Both the position numbers and the translations under genes were made by a program. Positions 20,665 through 29,314 of a DNA stretch of 64,000 bases are shown here, piece after piece. Every line of letters starts with the position of its first letter. The stretch's first letter is position 1. Source of the stretch: an uncultured Alphaproteobacteria bacterium (GTDB lineage: Bacteria; Pseudomonadota; Alphaproteobacteria; RF32; CAG-239). A model generated the notes under the pieces. The model was not told the origin of the DNA. It did not search any database and was given only the letters and a program-made list of their open reading frames with translations. Location of the stretch: assembly GCA_944391465.1 (NCBI GenBank), contig CALXTS010000003.1:14814-78813 (forward strand), in the 5' to 3' direction.

Positions 20665-21300
20665 TTAACGATTCTTACGGCTGATATGGCCGATTCCGCT
20701 TTCCTGATAATCAGGAACATACGTCCTGTTGAGTTTTTTATAAGTCGGTTGCGGAGAATCCTCAAAAGACTGTGTTTTCCCTTGTTGCATATCTTGCAAA
20801 GTATTATCCTTGACATCGACTTTTAAAATTTTGGCATCTCCGCTACCATTATAAATAGCCTGAGCATTCTCCCTTACTTTGCTGTTTTTCTTATAAATCA
20901 TTCGGGCATCATAAGGTTTTCTCGGGGTCAAGATTTGTCCGTCAGGCATTTTTATTGTCCCGTCGCCATATAAAACCGCCTTAAAAATTTCCTGATTATC
21001 AAATCTCCTGTTAATCTCGGCACATTCAAAAAAACCATCCATTTCTTTAGACATATAGGCATTAGCCTTAGCTTCTGAATAAGCGTAAATCGCATCATTT
21101 TGCAACCTATCCGTTGGCGACTTCGTCAATAGGATTGCTCGAGCCAACATTTCAAAAGTATCATATTTTGAAGAACCACAAGCCAGCCCCTGACCGGAAA
21201 TAGCTCCCAAAGCCTTAACTTCTTCCATATACGGCATTTGTGCTTGAGCACTTGAAAACCATAACAAAGAAACTAAAACTATATAGAAATACTTTTTCAT
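20665..21300 (-). CDS. Hypothetical secreted protein
   Basis: Start set to the ATG at 21300, giving MKKYFYIVLVSLLWFSSAQAQ, a typical Sec signal peptide. No family recognised. Confidence 0.6.
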   Translation of the reverse strand: MKKYFYIVLVSLLWFSSAQAQMPYMEEVKALGAISGQGLACGSSKYDTFEMLARAILLTKSPTDRLQNDAIYAYSEAKANAYMSKEMDGFFECAEINRRFDNQEIFKAVLYGDGTIKMPDGQILTPRKPYDARMIYKKNSKVRENAQAIYNGSGDAKILKVDVKDNTLQDMQQGKTQSFEDSPQPTYKKLNRTYVPDYQESGIGHISRKNR

Positions 21301-21458
21301 TTGCAAAATCCCCAACAAAATCACGCTTTATAATACAAAAAAGATTCACGAAAAGCAAAATCAATCTGACTTTTTTACCAATATTATCATTTAAATATTG
21401 ACAAGACTAAAGATTTATCATAAGTTGCGGTTAACTTTTGACAATAAGGAATAAGAAA

Positions 21459-21584
21459 ATGAAAATTTTTAGCTCTTTGAAAACTAAAAAAGTTCGCGAT
21501 AAGAACTGCAAAATTGTTCGCCGCAAGGGTCGTGTTTATGTAATTAACAAAAAGAACCCGAAGCTGAAAGCTCGTCAGGGATAA
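21459..21584 (+). CDS. rpmJ: 50S ribosomal protein L36 (non-zinc type)
   Basis: 41-aa ORF below the ORF-track cutoff: [46 protein letters not shown] lies upstream and a strong terminator follows. Confidence 0.85.
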   Translation: MKIFSSLKTKKVRDKNCKIVRRKGRVYVINKKNPKLKARQG

Positions 21585-21616
21585 TTTGTTGAATACAAAT
21601 TTTAGATTTTGAAAAA

Positions 21617-21641
21617 CCCGCTGTTTTCAGGCGGGTTTTTT
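21617..21641 (+). terminator. Rho-independent terminator of rpmJ
   Basis: CCCGC..GCGGG stem followed by T6. Confidence 0.85.
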
Positions 21642-21664
21642 ATTTTACGATTAACCTAAAAATT

Positions 21665-21693
21665 ATGCGGGAAACACTAAGCATTTCCCGCAT
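21665..21693 (-). terminator. Hairpin downstream of pyk
   Basis: ATGCGGGAAA/TTTCCCGCAT 10-bp stem 10 nt after the pyk stop. The U-tract is weak. Confidence 0.5.
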
Positions 21694-21702
21694 AAATAAA
21701 TT

Positions 21703-23127
21703 TTATTTTATATAGACTGTGTGTAGCATATTGGTTCGCCCTTTTGCATTAAGGGGGAAACCGGCTGTAATGATAATATGCTGACCGGCTTTGGCAAAAC
21801 CATTTTTAACGGCCGCCGCAACAGCACAATCCTCAACCTTATCGAAACTCTTGAAACTTTCTTTATTGATAAAAGGCTTAACCCCCCAAACCAAAACAAG
21901 ACGTCTCGCCACGTCAATATCGGGAGTCAAAGCCAATATTGGAAGATTCGGACGTTCTCTGGCTGTCAAAAAAGTCGTACGTCCCGATGTTGTATAAGAA
22001 ATAATGGCCGCCACATCCTTCAAAACACAAGACAACTCGCTCGCCGCAAAAGTAATGGAATCCTCTTCAGTCGCACGATACGGCATTTTGCGTGAATTAC
22101 GCATCATTTCAAAGAACAACGGATCATTTTCAACCTGAGCAATAATCTTATGCATCATATTTACCGCTTCTACCGGATATTTTCCTGCGGCAGTTTCAGC
22201 AGAGAGCATAACCGTATCAGCCCCGTCATAAACGGCTGTCGCCACATCGGAAACCTCAGCTCTGGTCGGATTCGGATTATTAATCATAGATTCCAACATC
22301 TGCGTTGCAATAATAACCGGAGTTGCATATTTACGACAAGCCTCAACAATTCTCTTCTGCATAACGGGAACCGTCTGAATCGGACATTCAACCCCCAAAT
22401 CTCCTCTGGCAACCATAATAGCGTCGGAAAGCTGAATAATCTCATCCAATTCCTCAATAGCACTTGGCTTTTCAAGTTTAGAAATAAGCCAAGCTTTCCC
22501 ATCAATCAGTTTTTTAGCTTCACGAACATCATCGGCACTTTGTACAAAAGATAACCCAATCCAATCGACACCTAATTTTAAGGCAAATTTCAAATCTTCC
22601 CGATCTTTTTGAGTAATCGCAGAAATCGGCAACGGCGTATTTGGCAAATTAACACCTTTATGACTTGAAATCACTCCGCCGACCTTAACGGTAGTGATGG
22701 CTTTTTCTTTATCGCAACTATCCACATGAAGAACGATATAACCGTCATTAACCAACAAATCGTCCCCTGGTTTCAAAGCCTCAAAAATTTCTTTATGCGG
22801 CAAACAAACGCGTTTATCATCTCCGGGTTTAGGATTCATATCTAAAACGAAAGTCTGACCTTCAACCAAATTAACTTTACCGTCGGCAAATTCGCCAACT
22901 CTCAACTTTGGTCCTTGCAAATCAGCTAAAATAGAAATGAATTTTCCTTTTTCTTTTTCAAGCTGTCGAATAATTTTAACTCGTTCTTTATGTTCTTCAT
23001 GAGTTCCGTGGCTAAAATTAACACGAAAAGCATCGGCACCGGCATCAATCAATTTAGAAAGTTGTTCGCGTGTTGAAGAAGACGGACCGATTGTCGCCAA
23101 AATTTTTGTATGAGTATCAATAGGCAT
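21703..23127 (-). CDS. pyk: Pyruvate kinase
   Basis: 474 aa. Motifs KILATIGPS, MVARGDLGVE and ATQMLESM. Confidence 0.9.
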   Translation of the reverse strand: MPIDTHTKILATIGPSSSTREQLSKLIDAGADAFRVNFSHGTHEEHKERVKIIRQLEKEKGKFISILADLQGPKLRVGEFADGKVNLVEGQTFVLDMNPKPGDDKRVCLPHKEIFEALKPGDDLLVNDGYIVLHVDSCDKEKAITTVKVGGVISSHKGVNLPNTPLPISAITQKDREDLKFALKLGVDWIGLSFVQSADDVREAKKLIDGKAWLISKLEKPSAIEELDEIIQLSDAIMVARGDLGVECPIQTVPVMQKRIVEACRKYATPVIIATQMLESMINNPNPTRAEVSDVATAVYDGADTVMLSAETAAGKYPVEAVNMMHKIIAQVENDPLFFEMMRNSRKMPYRATEEDSITFAASELSCVLKDVAAIISYTTSGRTTFLTARERPNLPILALTPDIDVARRLVLVWGVKPFINKESFKSFDKVEDCAVAAAVKNGFAKAGQHIIITAGFPLNAKGRTNMLHTVYIK

Positions 23128-23284
23128 TTTTAATTCCTTTATAAAATATCAATACGCGCAATATACAATATAATAAGTTAACAAGCTATTATTTTTATAA
23201 TCATCTTAACAAAATTTCCTACTTGTAAAGACGGATTATTTTTGATAGTTTGAGGACAATCGTTTAATTAAGAAGGAGATAAAA

Positions 23285-23542
23285 ATGAGTGAAGAAAATA
23301 ATGCAGAAGTCGGAGGCATTGCCGTTGACAGACTGCGTTCCTTAATCGAAAGAATTGAGCGTTTAGAAGAAGAAAAAGCCGCCATAGCTTCTGATATCAG
23401 AGATATTTTTGCCGAAGCAAAATCCGCAGGCTTTGACACAAAAATCATGAAAGCTGTAATGAAACTCCGCAAAATGAATGCGGCTGACCGAGATGAACAA
23501 GAATTTCTTCTGGAAACATACCGTAAAGCTCTGGATATTTAA
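23285..23542 (+). CDS. gapR: DUF2312-family nucleoid-associated protein (GapR-like)
   Basis: 85 aa. The LRSLIERIERLEEEKAAIASDIRDIFAEAKSAGFD pattern is characteristic of alphaproteobacterial GapR. AAGGAG RBS. Confidence 0.8.
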   Translation: MSEENNAEVGGIAVDRLRSLIERIERLEEEKAAIASDIRDIFAEAKSAGFDTKIMKAVMKLRKMNAADRDEQEFLLETYRKALDI

Positions 23543-23550
23543 TAAAAAAA

Positions 23551-23573
23551 CCTCTCTTTTGAGAGGTTTTTTT
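23551..23573 (+). terminator. Rho-independent terminator of gapR
   Basis: CCTCTC-TTTT-GAGAGG followed by T7. Confidence 0.85.
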
Positions 23574-24090
23574 ATAACTGAAAAATCAAGCCCGCGAAAC
23601 CTGATAAAATCAAATAAAAAATCGGACTTTTCTTCCAAAAATGAATCATTAAAACCAATACGCCTAACATCAAAGCTGTTTTAATATCAACAATCGAAAG
23701 TTTTGCAATTTCCAGACCGACACAAAAAATCAATGCAACCACAGCCGGCCGGATTCCCGATAACACGTCTTGAACGCGTCGATTACAACTATATTTATCC
23801 ATTAACCGAGCAATCATGATGATGATAATAACAGAAGGTGTAACCAAACCCAATGTTGCAATAATTCCGCCCCAGATTCCAGCGGCATGATAACCGGCAT
23901 ATGTTGCCATATTAACCCCGATAGGACCTGGTGTCGATTCGGAAATCGCAATCATATCGGCAAGCTCTTTGGTTGTAAACCAACTGTATTTTTCGGATAA
24001 ATCAAACAAAAACGGAACCGTTACCAAACCGCCGCCGATAGCAAACAACCCAACCTTAAAGAACTCAAAAAACAAAATCAGATAAATCAT
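23572..24090 (-). CDS. Chromate-transporter (CHR) family half-size subunit
   Basis: Polytopic membrane protein with the CHR-like FGGG..(T)VPF motif. Start set to the ATG at 24090, giving an ATGA overlap with the upstream half-gene. Confidence 0.8.
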   Translation of the reverse strand: MIYLILFFEFFKVGLFAIGGGLVTVPFLFDLSEKYSWFTTKELADMIAISESTPGPIGVNMATYAGYHAAGIWGGIIATLGLVTPSVIIIIMIARLMDKYSCNRRVQDVLSGIRPAVVALIFCVGLEIAKLSIVDIKTALMLGVLVLMIHFWKKSPIFYLILSGFAGLIFQL

Positions 24091-24623
24091 ACGCGAGTCC
24101 TCCACTTAAGCAACATTCCCGCCGCTCCGGCAAATATAACAATAAACACGGCAGATACATTAAAAAACAAAAGCAGAAGCAATGAGGCTGCGAAAATTCC
24201 TGCCGCCATATACGAGTTTACATTCTTTTTCCACAAACCATATAAAATATCAAGGATCAAAGCCACGACACCGATTCTTATACCATCAAAAGCATAAGTA
24301 ACGTAGCGATTATACATATACTTATACAAAACCATGGCAACCAACGTAATAATGATTAGAGACGGAAGAATCATTCCTAAAGTTGTTGCAATACCACCTT
24401 TAATCCCTGCCTGTCTGTAACCTACAAAAGTTGCAACATTAATGGAAATTATTCCCGGCGTGCATTGCCCGATAGAATATAAATCCAAGAGTTCCTCTTC
24501 TTCCAACCATCTACGTTTCTTAACCAGTTCATCTTGAAGAAGCGGCAACATGGCATATCCGCCGCCAAAAGTAAACAAACCGATTTTAAAAAAAAGTCGG
24601 AATAAATTCCATAATTGCTTCAT
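24087..24623 (-). CDS. Chromate-transporter (CHR) family half-size subunit
   Basis: 178 aa. Motifs FTFGGGYAMLPLL and CTPGI, paired with the adjacent paralogous half. Confidence 0.8.
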   Translation of the reverse strand: MKQLWNLFRLFFKIGLFTFGGGYAMLPLLQDELVKKRRWLEEEELLDLYSIGQCTPGIISINVATFVGYRQAGIKGGIATTLGMILPSLIIITLVAMVLYKYMYNRYVTYAFDGIRIGVVALILDILYGLWKKNVNSYMAAGIFAASLLLLLFFNVSAVFIVIFAGAAGMLLKWRTRV

Positions 24624-24709
24624 AAAAAAACTTACCCGTATTGTTAATCTCTTTGCGCTGATTATATGTAGCTTAAGTTTTACATATAGTTAAAATAGTG
24701 AGAAAATAA

Positions 24710-25717
24710 ATGATAATCGGTATTCTTAAAGAGAATTTTGATAATGAAACACGTGTTGCCGTCACACCGGAAAGCACAAAAAAATTTAAAACGATTGGTA
24801 TTGATACAATAATTGAATCTCAAGCTGGCCAAAAATCAGGATTTTCTGATGAAGAATACATAAATGCAGGTGGCCAAATAGCAAAAACAGCAAATGAAAT
24901 CATAACCAAAGCCGATATTATATTAAAAATTAATGCCCCTTCAGATGAAGAAATAAAAAGATTAAAAGCAGATACAACAATTATTTTTGGTTATCAAAAT
25001 CAACAAACTTTCAATTCCAAAGAAAAAAAACTAACTTGTTTTGCTCTTGAACTGGTCCCAAGAATTTCTCGAGCTCAATCAATTGATGTTTTATCATCAC
25101 AAAACAATCTTGCCGGCTACAAAGCAGTTATTAAGGCTTTGCAATATTCCCTAAAATCTGTTCCTTTAATGATGACTTCTGCAGGAACTCTTACTCCCGC
25201 AAAATTTTTAATTTTAGGATTAGGTGTCGCCGGATTACAAGCCGCCGCAACGGCAAAAAGACTTGGCGGAATGGTTTATGCGCACGATATCAGAACCGAA
25301 ACATCAGAACAAGCCACATCATTGGGTGCAAAATTTATTGAAAAAATAGATTCTGAACTCCTTTCCCAAACAGATATCATTATATGCTCGGCCTTTTCTC
25401 CAAAGAAAGAAGCCCCTGTTTTACTAGAAAGAGAACAATTACAATACTTAAAAAAAGGTAGTGTTATTATAGATATGGCCATTGAAGCCGGTGGAAACGT
25501 TTGGGGTTCTAAAAACCAACAAACAATAACGGAAAACGGAATTACCATTATCGGAAACAGCCATCTTGAAAAAGAAATTCCCTATTCTGCCAGCATCCTT
25601 TTTGCACAGAATCTCTACAATTTTATCAGCATGTATTGGAAGGATCAGAAACTTCTTTTTGACTTTAACGATGAAATTATCAAACAAACCTGCATTTTAA
25701 ATAACAGTAAGGATTAA
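24710..25717 (+). CDS. pntAA: NAD(P) transhydrogenase subunit alpha part 1 (dI), shortened
   Basis: 335 aa. Motifs [23 protein letters not shown] and [17 protein letters not shown]. An internal segment is missing relative to canonical dI (see findings). Confidence 0.85.
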   Translation: MIIGILKENFDNETRVAVTPESTKKFKTIGIDTIIESQAGQKSGFSDEEYINAGGQIAKTANEIITKADIILKINAPSDEEIKRLKADTTIIFGYQNQQTFNSKEKKLTCFALELVPRISRAQSIDVLSSQNNLAGYKAVIKALQYSLKSVPLMMTSAGTLTPAKFLILGLGVAGLQAAATAKRLGGMVYAHDIRTETSEQATSLGAKFIEKIDSELLSQTDIIICSAFSPKKEAPVLLEREQLQYLKKGSVIIDMAIEAGGNVWGSKNQQTITENGITIIGNSHLEKEIPYSASILFAQNLYNFISMYWKDQKLLFDFNDEIIKQTCILNNSKD

Positions 25718-25721
25718 AGAG

Positions 25722-26006
25722 ATGGAAATCTGGACATTACTTACAATTTTCACGCTAGCTTGTTTTATTGGTTATTTTGTTGTTTGGGGTGTTACTCCGG
25801 CATTACATTCACCATTGATGAGCGTAACCAATGCCATATCCGGAATCATAATCATCGGAGCCTTGATTGCGGCAGGAATGGAAACCGAACATCTTTCAAA
25901 AAATTTCGGTCTTTGGGCTGTTTTTTTTGCATCAATAAATATTTTTGGAGGATTTGCCGTTACACACAGAATGCTTTCTATGTTTAAGAAAAAGGAGAAG
26001 AAATAA
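25722..26006 (+). CDS. pntAB: NAD(P) transhydrogenase subunit alpha part 2 (membrane)
   Basis: 94 aa. Motifs [16 protein letters not shown] and [13 protein letters not shown]. Confidence 0.85.
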   Translation: MEIWTLLTIFTLACFIGYFVVWGVTPALHSPLMSVTNAISGIIIIGALIAAGMETEHLSKNFGLWAVFFASINIFGGFAVTHRMLSMFKKKEKK

Positions 26007-27367
26007 TGTATGAATGGCTAATTCCTTTGTCTTATCTTATTTCAGGCATATTTTTTATCTTATCCATCCGTAGTTTATCTTCTCCCTATACAGCACGAGA
26101 AGGAAATATTATCGGAATAATCGGAATGCTTATTGCCATAGGAGCCATGCTTTTTTCTTCGTTTGTTATAGATATAAAAGCACCTTTGGCTTTTATCCTT
26201 ATGGGAGGGATTATCGGTTTTTACAGTGCAATTAAAGTCAAAATGACCGCTCTGCCGCAGATGATAGCTGTTTTTAACGGACTGGGAGGATTATCAGCAG
26301 TCCTCATATCTTTCTCAGAACTATTAGGAGGTTCCCCTTCTTTAATTGAAATATCATTAGGAATGATTATAGGCGCAATTGCCTTTACGGGTTCTATGAT
26401 TGCTTTTGCAAAGCTGCAAGGAATTCTTCCGACACATGCAATTACTTTCAAATTTCAACACATTATAAATCTGCTTTTGATAATTTTATGTACATATATA
26501 TTTTTACTTTTCATATCAGAAAAAGAATTCGAGTATTTTTTATGGATATGCGGAATTTCTTTAATAATCGGAATTACTTTTGTGCTTCCGATTGGTGGCG
26601 CCGATATGCCGGTCATAATTTCCATATTAAATTCTTATTCCGGATGGGCTGCTGTCGGAATAGGATTCTCACTCAGCAATTCACTTTTAATCATAGTCGG
26701 TAGTATCGTCGGAGCCAGCGGAGCTATTTTGGCTTACATTATGGTAAAAGCCATGAATAGGTCTTTATTAAATGTTTTGCTTGGAGGATTCGGCAACCAA
26801 AAATATTCAACTCTCAAAGAAAACGAAAACAAAATAGCTAAAACAGGAAACCCGCAAGATGCCGCCTTTATAATGGAAAATGCAAATAAAGTCATTATTG
26901 TTCCCGGATACGGAATGGCTGTGGCACAAGCTCAACACATACTCCGTCAAATGGCAGAAGATTTACAAAAACTTTATCATGTAGATGTTAAATTTGCCAT
27001 TCATCCGGTCGCCGGACGCATGCCCGGACACATGAACGTTTTATTGGCCGAAGCCAATATTGATTATCAAAATGTCTTTGAACTTGAAAACATCAATAAT
27101 GAGTTTGAGACGGCAGATGTCGCATATGTAATCGGAGCAAACGATATAACCAACCCATTAGCCAAAACAGATTCATCTTCACCCATCTACGGAATGCCGA
27201 TTCTAAACGTATCAGCGGCAAAGACGGTATTTTTTGTAAAACGTTCTTTGGGTGCAGGATATTCCGGTGTTGATAATCCTCTTTTTTATGCAGATAATAC
27301 CATCATGCTTTACGGAGATGCTAAAAAAGTAACCGAAGAAATTGTCAATGTTTTAGAAAAAAAATAG
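26006..27367 (+). CDS. pntB: NAD(P) transhydrogenase subunit beta
   Basis: 453 aa. Membrane domain plus a dIII domain with VPGYGMAVAQAQH, HPVAGRMPGHMNVLLAEA and GANDITNP. Confidence 0.9.
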   Translation: MYEWLIPLSYLISGIFFILSIRSLSSPYTAREGNIIGIIGMLIAIGAMLFSSFVIDIKAPLAFILMGGIIGFYSAIKVKMTALPQMIAVFNGLGGLSAVLISFSELLGGSPSLIEISLGMIIGAIAFTGSMIAFAKLQGILPTHAITFKFQHIINLLLIILCTYIFLLFISEKEFEYFLWICGISLIIGITFVLPIGGADMPVIISILNSYSGWAAVGIGFSLSNSLLIIVGSIVGASGAILAYIMVKAMNRSLLNVLLGGFGNQKYSTLKENENKIAKTGNPQDAAFIMENANKVIIVPGYGMAVAQAQHILRQMAEDLQKLYHVDVKFAIHPVAGRMPGHMNVLLAEANIDYQNVFELENINNEFETADVAYVIGANDITNPLAKTDSSSPIYGMPILNVSAAKTVFFVKRSLGAGYSGVDNPLFYADNTIMLYGDAKKVTEEIVNVLEKK

Positions 27368-27419
27368 TCCGCAAAATAAATGTATTGCGGACTATTGAAG
27401 TACACTAAAAAATGAAAGA

Positions 27420-28199
27420 CTATTTAATCCATTTCAAAGATTCTTGATAATCTTCCGGTGTATTGATATCTGCAGGAGCTTCTTCAATCAATTTAATATT
27501 GTCTAACAACTTTGCACGAATAGACATACCGTTTTCTAGAGCTCTCAACTGTTCCAAAGCCTCTCTCATCTCCAAAACACCTGTTGGTAAAGAAACCATT
27601 TTTTGCAAAGAGTCGGCTTTAAAGACGTAAATACCAATATGATAGTACAAATCCTGATTTTTACATTTTTCGGGATTCCGAGTATAAGGAGCCGTAGCTC
27701 TGGTAAAATACAAACAACGTCCTTCTGTTTCACCTTCACGCAACCCCATAATAATTTTAACAACAGCCGGATTAACTTTATCAGCCTCGTTATTAATAAT
27801 CATTCCGCAAGTCGCGATATCACATCCGGTTTTTTCAATCATATCAATCAATGGCAAAGTAACTGCCGGATTAACATTAAGATTATCCCCTTGGAAATCA
27901 ACAACAATATCATATTTAGAACCATCTGGATCTAAAACCTTCAATGCAGCGGCAATTCTGTCTGTTCCGCTGGGCAAAGCCGGATCCGTCAACACAGCGG
28001 TAGCACCGAATTTATTACATTCGTCAACAATCGCTTGATCCCCTGCGGCAATAGCAATATCAATACCTTCAGGCATAACATTTTTAACATTTTCATAAAC
28101 ACGCTGAATTAAACTTTTTCCGTTAATATCGAGCAACGGTTTATTGGGAAGTCTGGTGGCGGCTAATCTAACCGGCATAAGAACAATTATTTTACTCAT
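27420..28199 (-). CDS. kdsB: 3-deoxy-manno-octulosonate cytidylyltransferase
   Basis: 259 aa. Motif PVRLAATRLPNKPL, with KdsB-like length. Confidence 0.9.
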   Translation of the reverse strand: MSKIIVLMPVRLAATRLPNKPLLDINGKSLIQRVYENVKNVMPEGIDIAIAAGDQAIVDECNKFGATAVLTDPALPSGTDRIAAALKVLDPDGSKYDIVVDFQGDNLNVNPAVTLPLIDMIEKTGCDIATCGMIINNEADKVNPAVVKIIMGLREGETEGRCLYFTRATAPYTRNPEKCKNQDLYYHIGIYVFKADSLQKMVSLPTGVLEMREALEQLRALENGMSIRAKLLDNIKLIEEAPADINTPEDYQESLKWIK

Positions 28200-28341
28200 A
28201 TTTTCCTCTTAAAGATTAATAAAAACATTTTGATTGCACTAGAATATAGCATTTTCCGACACAATCAACAAGGAAAAAGATAAAATTAATCTCCCCATTT
28301 TGGAAGTTCTTGACGAATTTCTCAGTCTTCCTCTCAAAAAT

Positions 28342-28399
28342 AATCATCTGCCTACAAAAAAAGCCCCTCAACGGGGCAATTTTTTTGGCGGATGAGGAG
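28342..28399. repeat. Direct repeat copy 1 (tRNA-Ser 3' terminal 14 nt + 44 nt trailer with terminator hairpin), not attached to a tRNA
   Basis: 58/58 nt identical to 28552-28609 by direct comparison. Confidence 0.95.
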
Positions 28400-28551
28400 C
28401 CGGGATAGGGACAAAAAGCTGACCAACGTCAGGTTTTTGGCGCGTATCCCTAACTTTTGTCCTTGAGCTAGGAAAGCGACAGCAACCGACGCGAAATTAC
28501 AAAAGTTTGGATCCCTCCCCGTGAAAACGAGGTTTAACGAAGTTTGAACGG
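28400..28551 (-). ncRNA. Candidate structured small RNA / element remnant between the two repeat copies (family unknown)
   Basis: No ATG on either strand, visibly G+C-richer than flanking spacers, and contains several complementary blocks. One helix has G.U on the minus strand but C.A on the plus strand. It ends in a tRNA-like acceptor tail plus terminator. No promoter was identified. Confidence 0.3.
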
Positions 28552-28609
28552 AATCATCTGCCTACAAAAAAAGCCCCTCAACGGGGCAATTTTTTTGGCG
28601 GATGAGGAG
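28552..28609. repeat. Direct repeat copy 2 (overlaps the genuine tRNA-Ser 3' end and its terminator)
   Basis: Identical to 28342-28399. Confidence 0.95.
28566..28587 (-). terminator. Rho-independent terminator of tRNA-Ser (duplicated at 28356-28377)
   Basis: On the minus strand, GCCCC-GTTGA-GGGGC followed by T7. An A-run on the other side makes it potentially bidirectional. Confidence 0.8.
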
Positions 28610-28687
28610 GGATTTGAACCCCCGATACGAGTCACCCCGTATACACGATTTCGAGTCGCGCGCATTCAGCCTCTCTGCCACTCATCC
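28596..28687 (-). tRNA. tRNA-Ser (anticodon CGA)
   Basis: 92 nt folded by hand. Acceptor GGATGAG/CTCATCC, anticodon loop CTCGAAA, long variable arm, T-loop GGGGGTTCAAATCCCTC, encoded CCA. Confidence 0.95.
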
Positions 28688-28697
28688 AAACAGCAAA

Positions 28698-28726
28698 TTA
28701 ATAAAATTTTTATCACCAATTTGCAA
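28698..28726 (-). promoter_or_regulatory. Candidate promoter of tRNA-Ser
   Basis: On the minus strand, TTGCAA (28726-21), 17-nt spacer, TATTAA (28703-28698). The -10 ends 10 nt before the tRNA 5' end. Confidence 0.45.
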
Positions 28727-28735
28727 GTATTATTT

Positions 28736-29107
28736 TTAACGTTCCAAATACCTGAATTTCTCTCTCAAATTAAGCTCCATTTCCTCAATAAACAATCCGC
28801 AAGCAAAAAACTCTTTCTGCTCATCTGCTGCATAAAGTCTGTTAATACGGATTCTTATCTCTTCTTGATTATCATAACCTATCAACTGAGGAGGAACAAC
28901 ATCTATTAAAGAATCAAAATTTTCAAACATTGCAATTCCGCGAACGACACACCAAATTTTTTCATGAGTATCTATATTAACATATTCAATTGTATCGTTA
29001 AGACGAATTTGTTGAATCTTTTTATCAAACAACCTGATATCAACTCTTTTAGATTTATCTACAATTTTATTAAATGTAAACGGAGCAACCGAAATTATAT
29101 GCTTCAT
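28736..29107 (-). CDS. ASCH-domain (PUA-like) protein
   Basis: Start set to the ATG at 29107 (MKHIISVAPFTFNKIVDKSKRVDIRLFDKK...). Size of about 123 aa and the K-R-x-D-x-R pattern fit small ASCH/YqfB-like proteins. Confidence 0.7.
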   Translation of the reverse strand: MKHIISVAPFTFNKIVDKSKRVDIRLFDKKIQQIRLNDTIEYVNIDTHEKIWCVVRGIAMFENFDSLIDVVPPQLIGYDNQEEIRIRINRLYAADEQKEFFACGLFIEEMELNLREKFRYLER

Positions 29108-29207
29108 ACTATCACCATGTAAAAATAAACAACATGTTGCATTATAAAAAATAAATATATATTTACAACAAAAAAACATACTTATGAGAATGTATTTATA
29201 AAAGTAT

Positions 29208-29229
29208 AAAAAAACCTCCTTTAAGGAGG
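29208..29229 (-). terminator. Rho-independent terminator of tRNA-Gly
   Basis: On the minus strand, CCTCC-TTAAA-GGAGG followed by T7. Confidence 0.65.
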
Positions 29230-29239
29230 CTTAAAAAAT

Positions 29240-29314
29240 TGGAGCGGGCAATGGGATTTGAACCCACGACATCAACCTTGGCAAGGTTGCGCTCTACCCC
29301 TGAGCTATACCCGC
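29240..29314 (-). tRNA. tRNA-Gly (anticodon GCC)
   Basis: 75 nt. GCGGGTA acceptor, anticodon loop TTGCCAA, T-arm GTGGGTTCAAATCCCAT, encoded CCA. Confidence 0.95.

Noticed and set aside
28386-28551. Considered whether the repeat-bracketed segment is tmRNA (two-piece alphaproteobacterial type), SRP/4.5S RNA, 6S RNA or a decayed second tRNA-Ser copy. On the minus strand it ends ...CGGCTCC, which resembles a tmRNA acceptor 3' strand.
   Set aside because: There is no T-loop (GTTCRANYC) before the acceptor-like tail. No frame encodes a tag peptide ending in hydrophobic-Ala-Ala plus stop. There is no GGAA tetraloop with an AGCAGC-type SRP domain IV motif. It is too short for RNase P or tmRNA. Position-by-position comparison with tRNA-Ser shows no similarity beyond the 14 shared nt. 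The family is therefore left unassigned.
28544-28909. 121-aa plus-strand ORF from the ORF track.
   Set aside because: It runs antisense through tRNA-Ser, its terminator and the ASCH gene 3' end, so it is an artefact of stop-free sequence.
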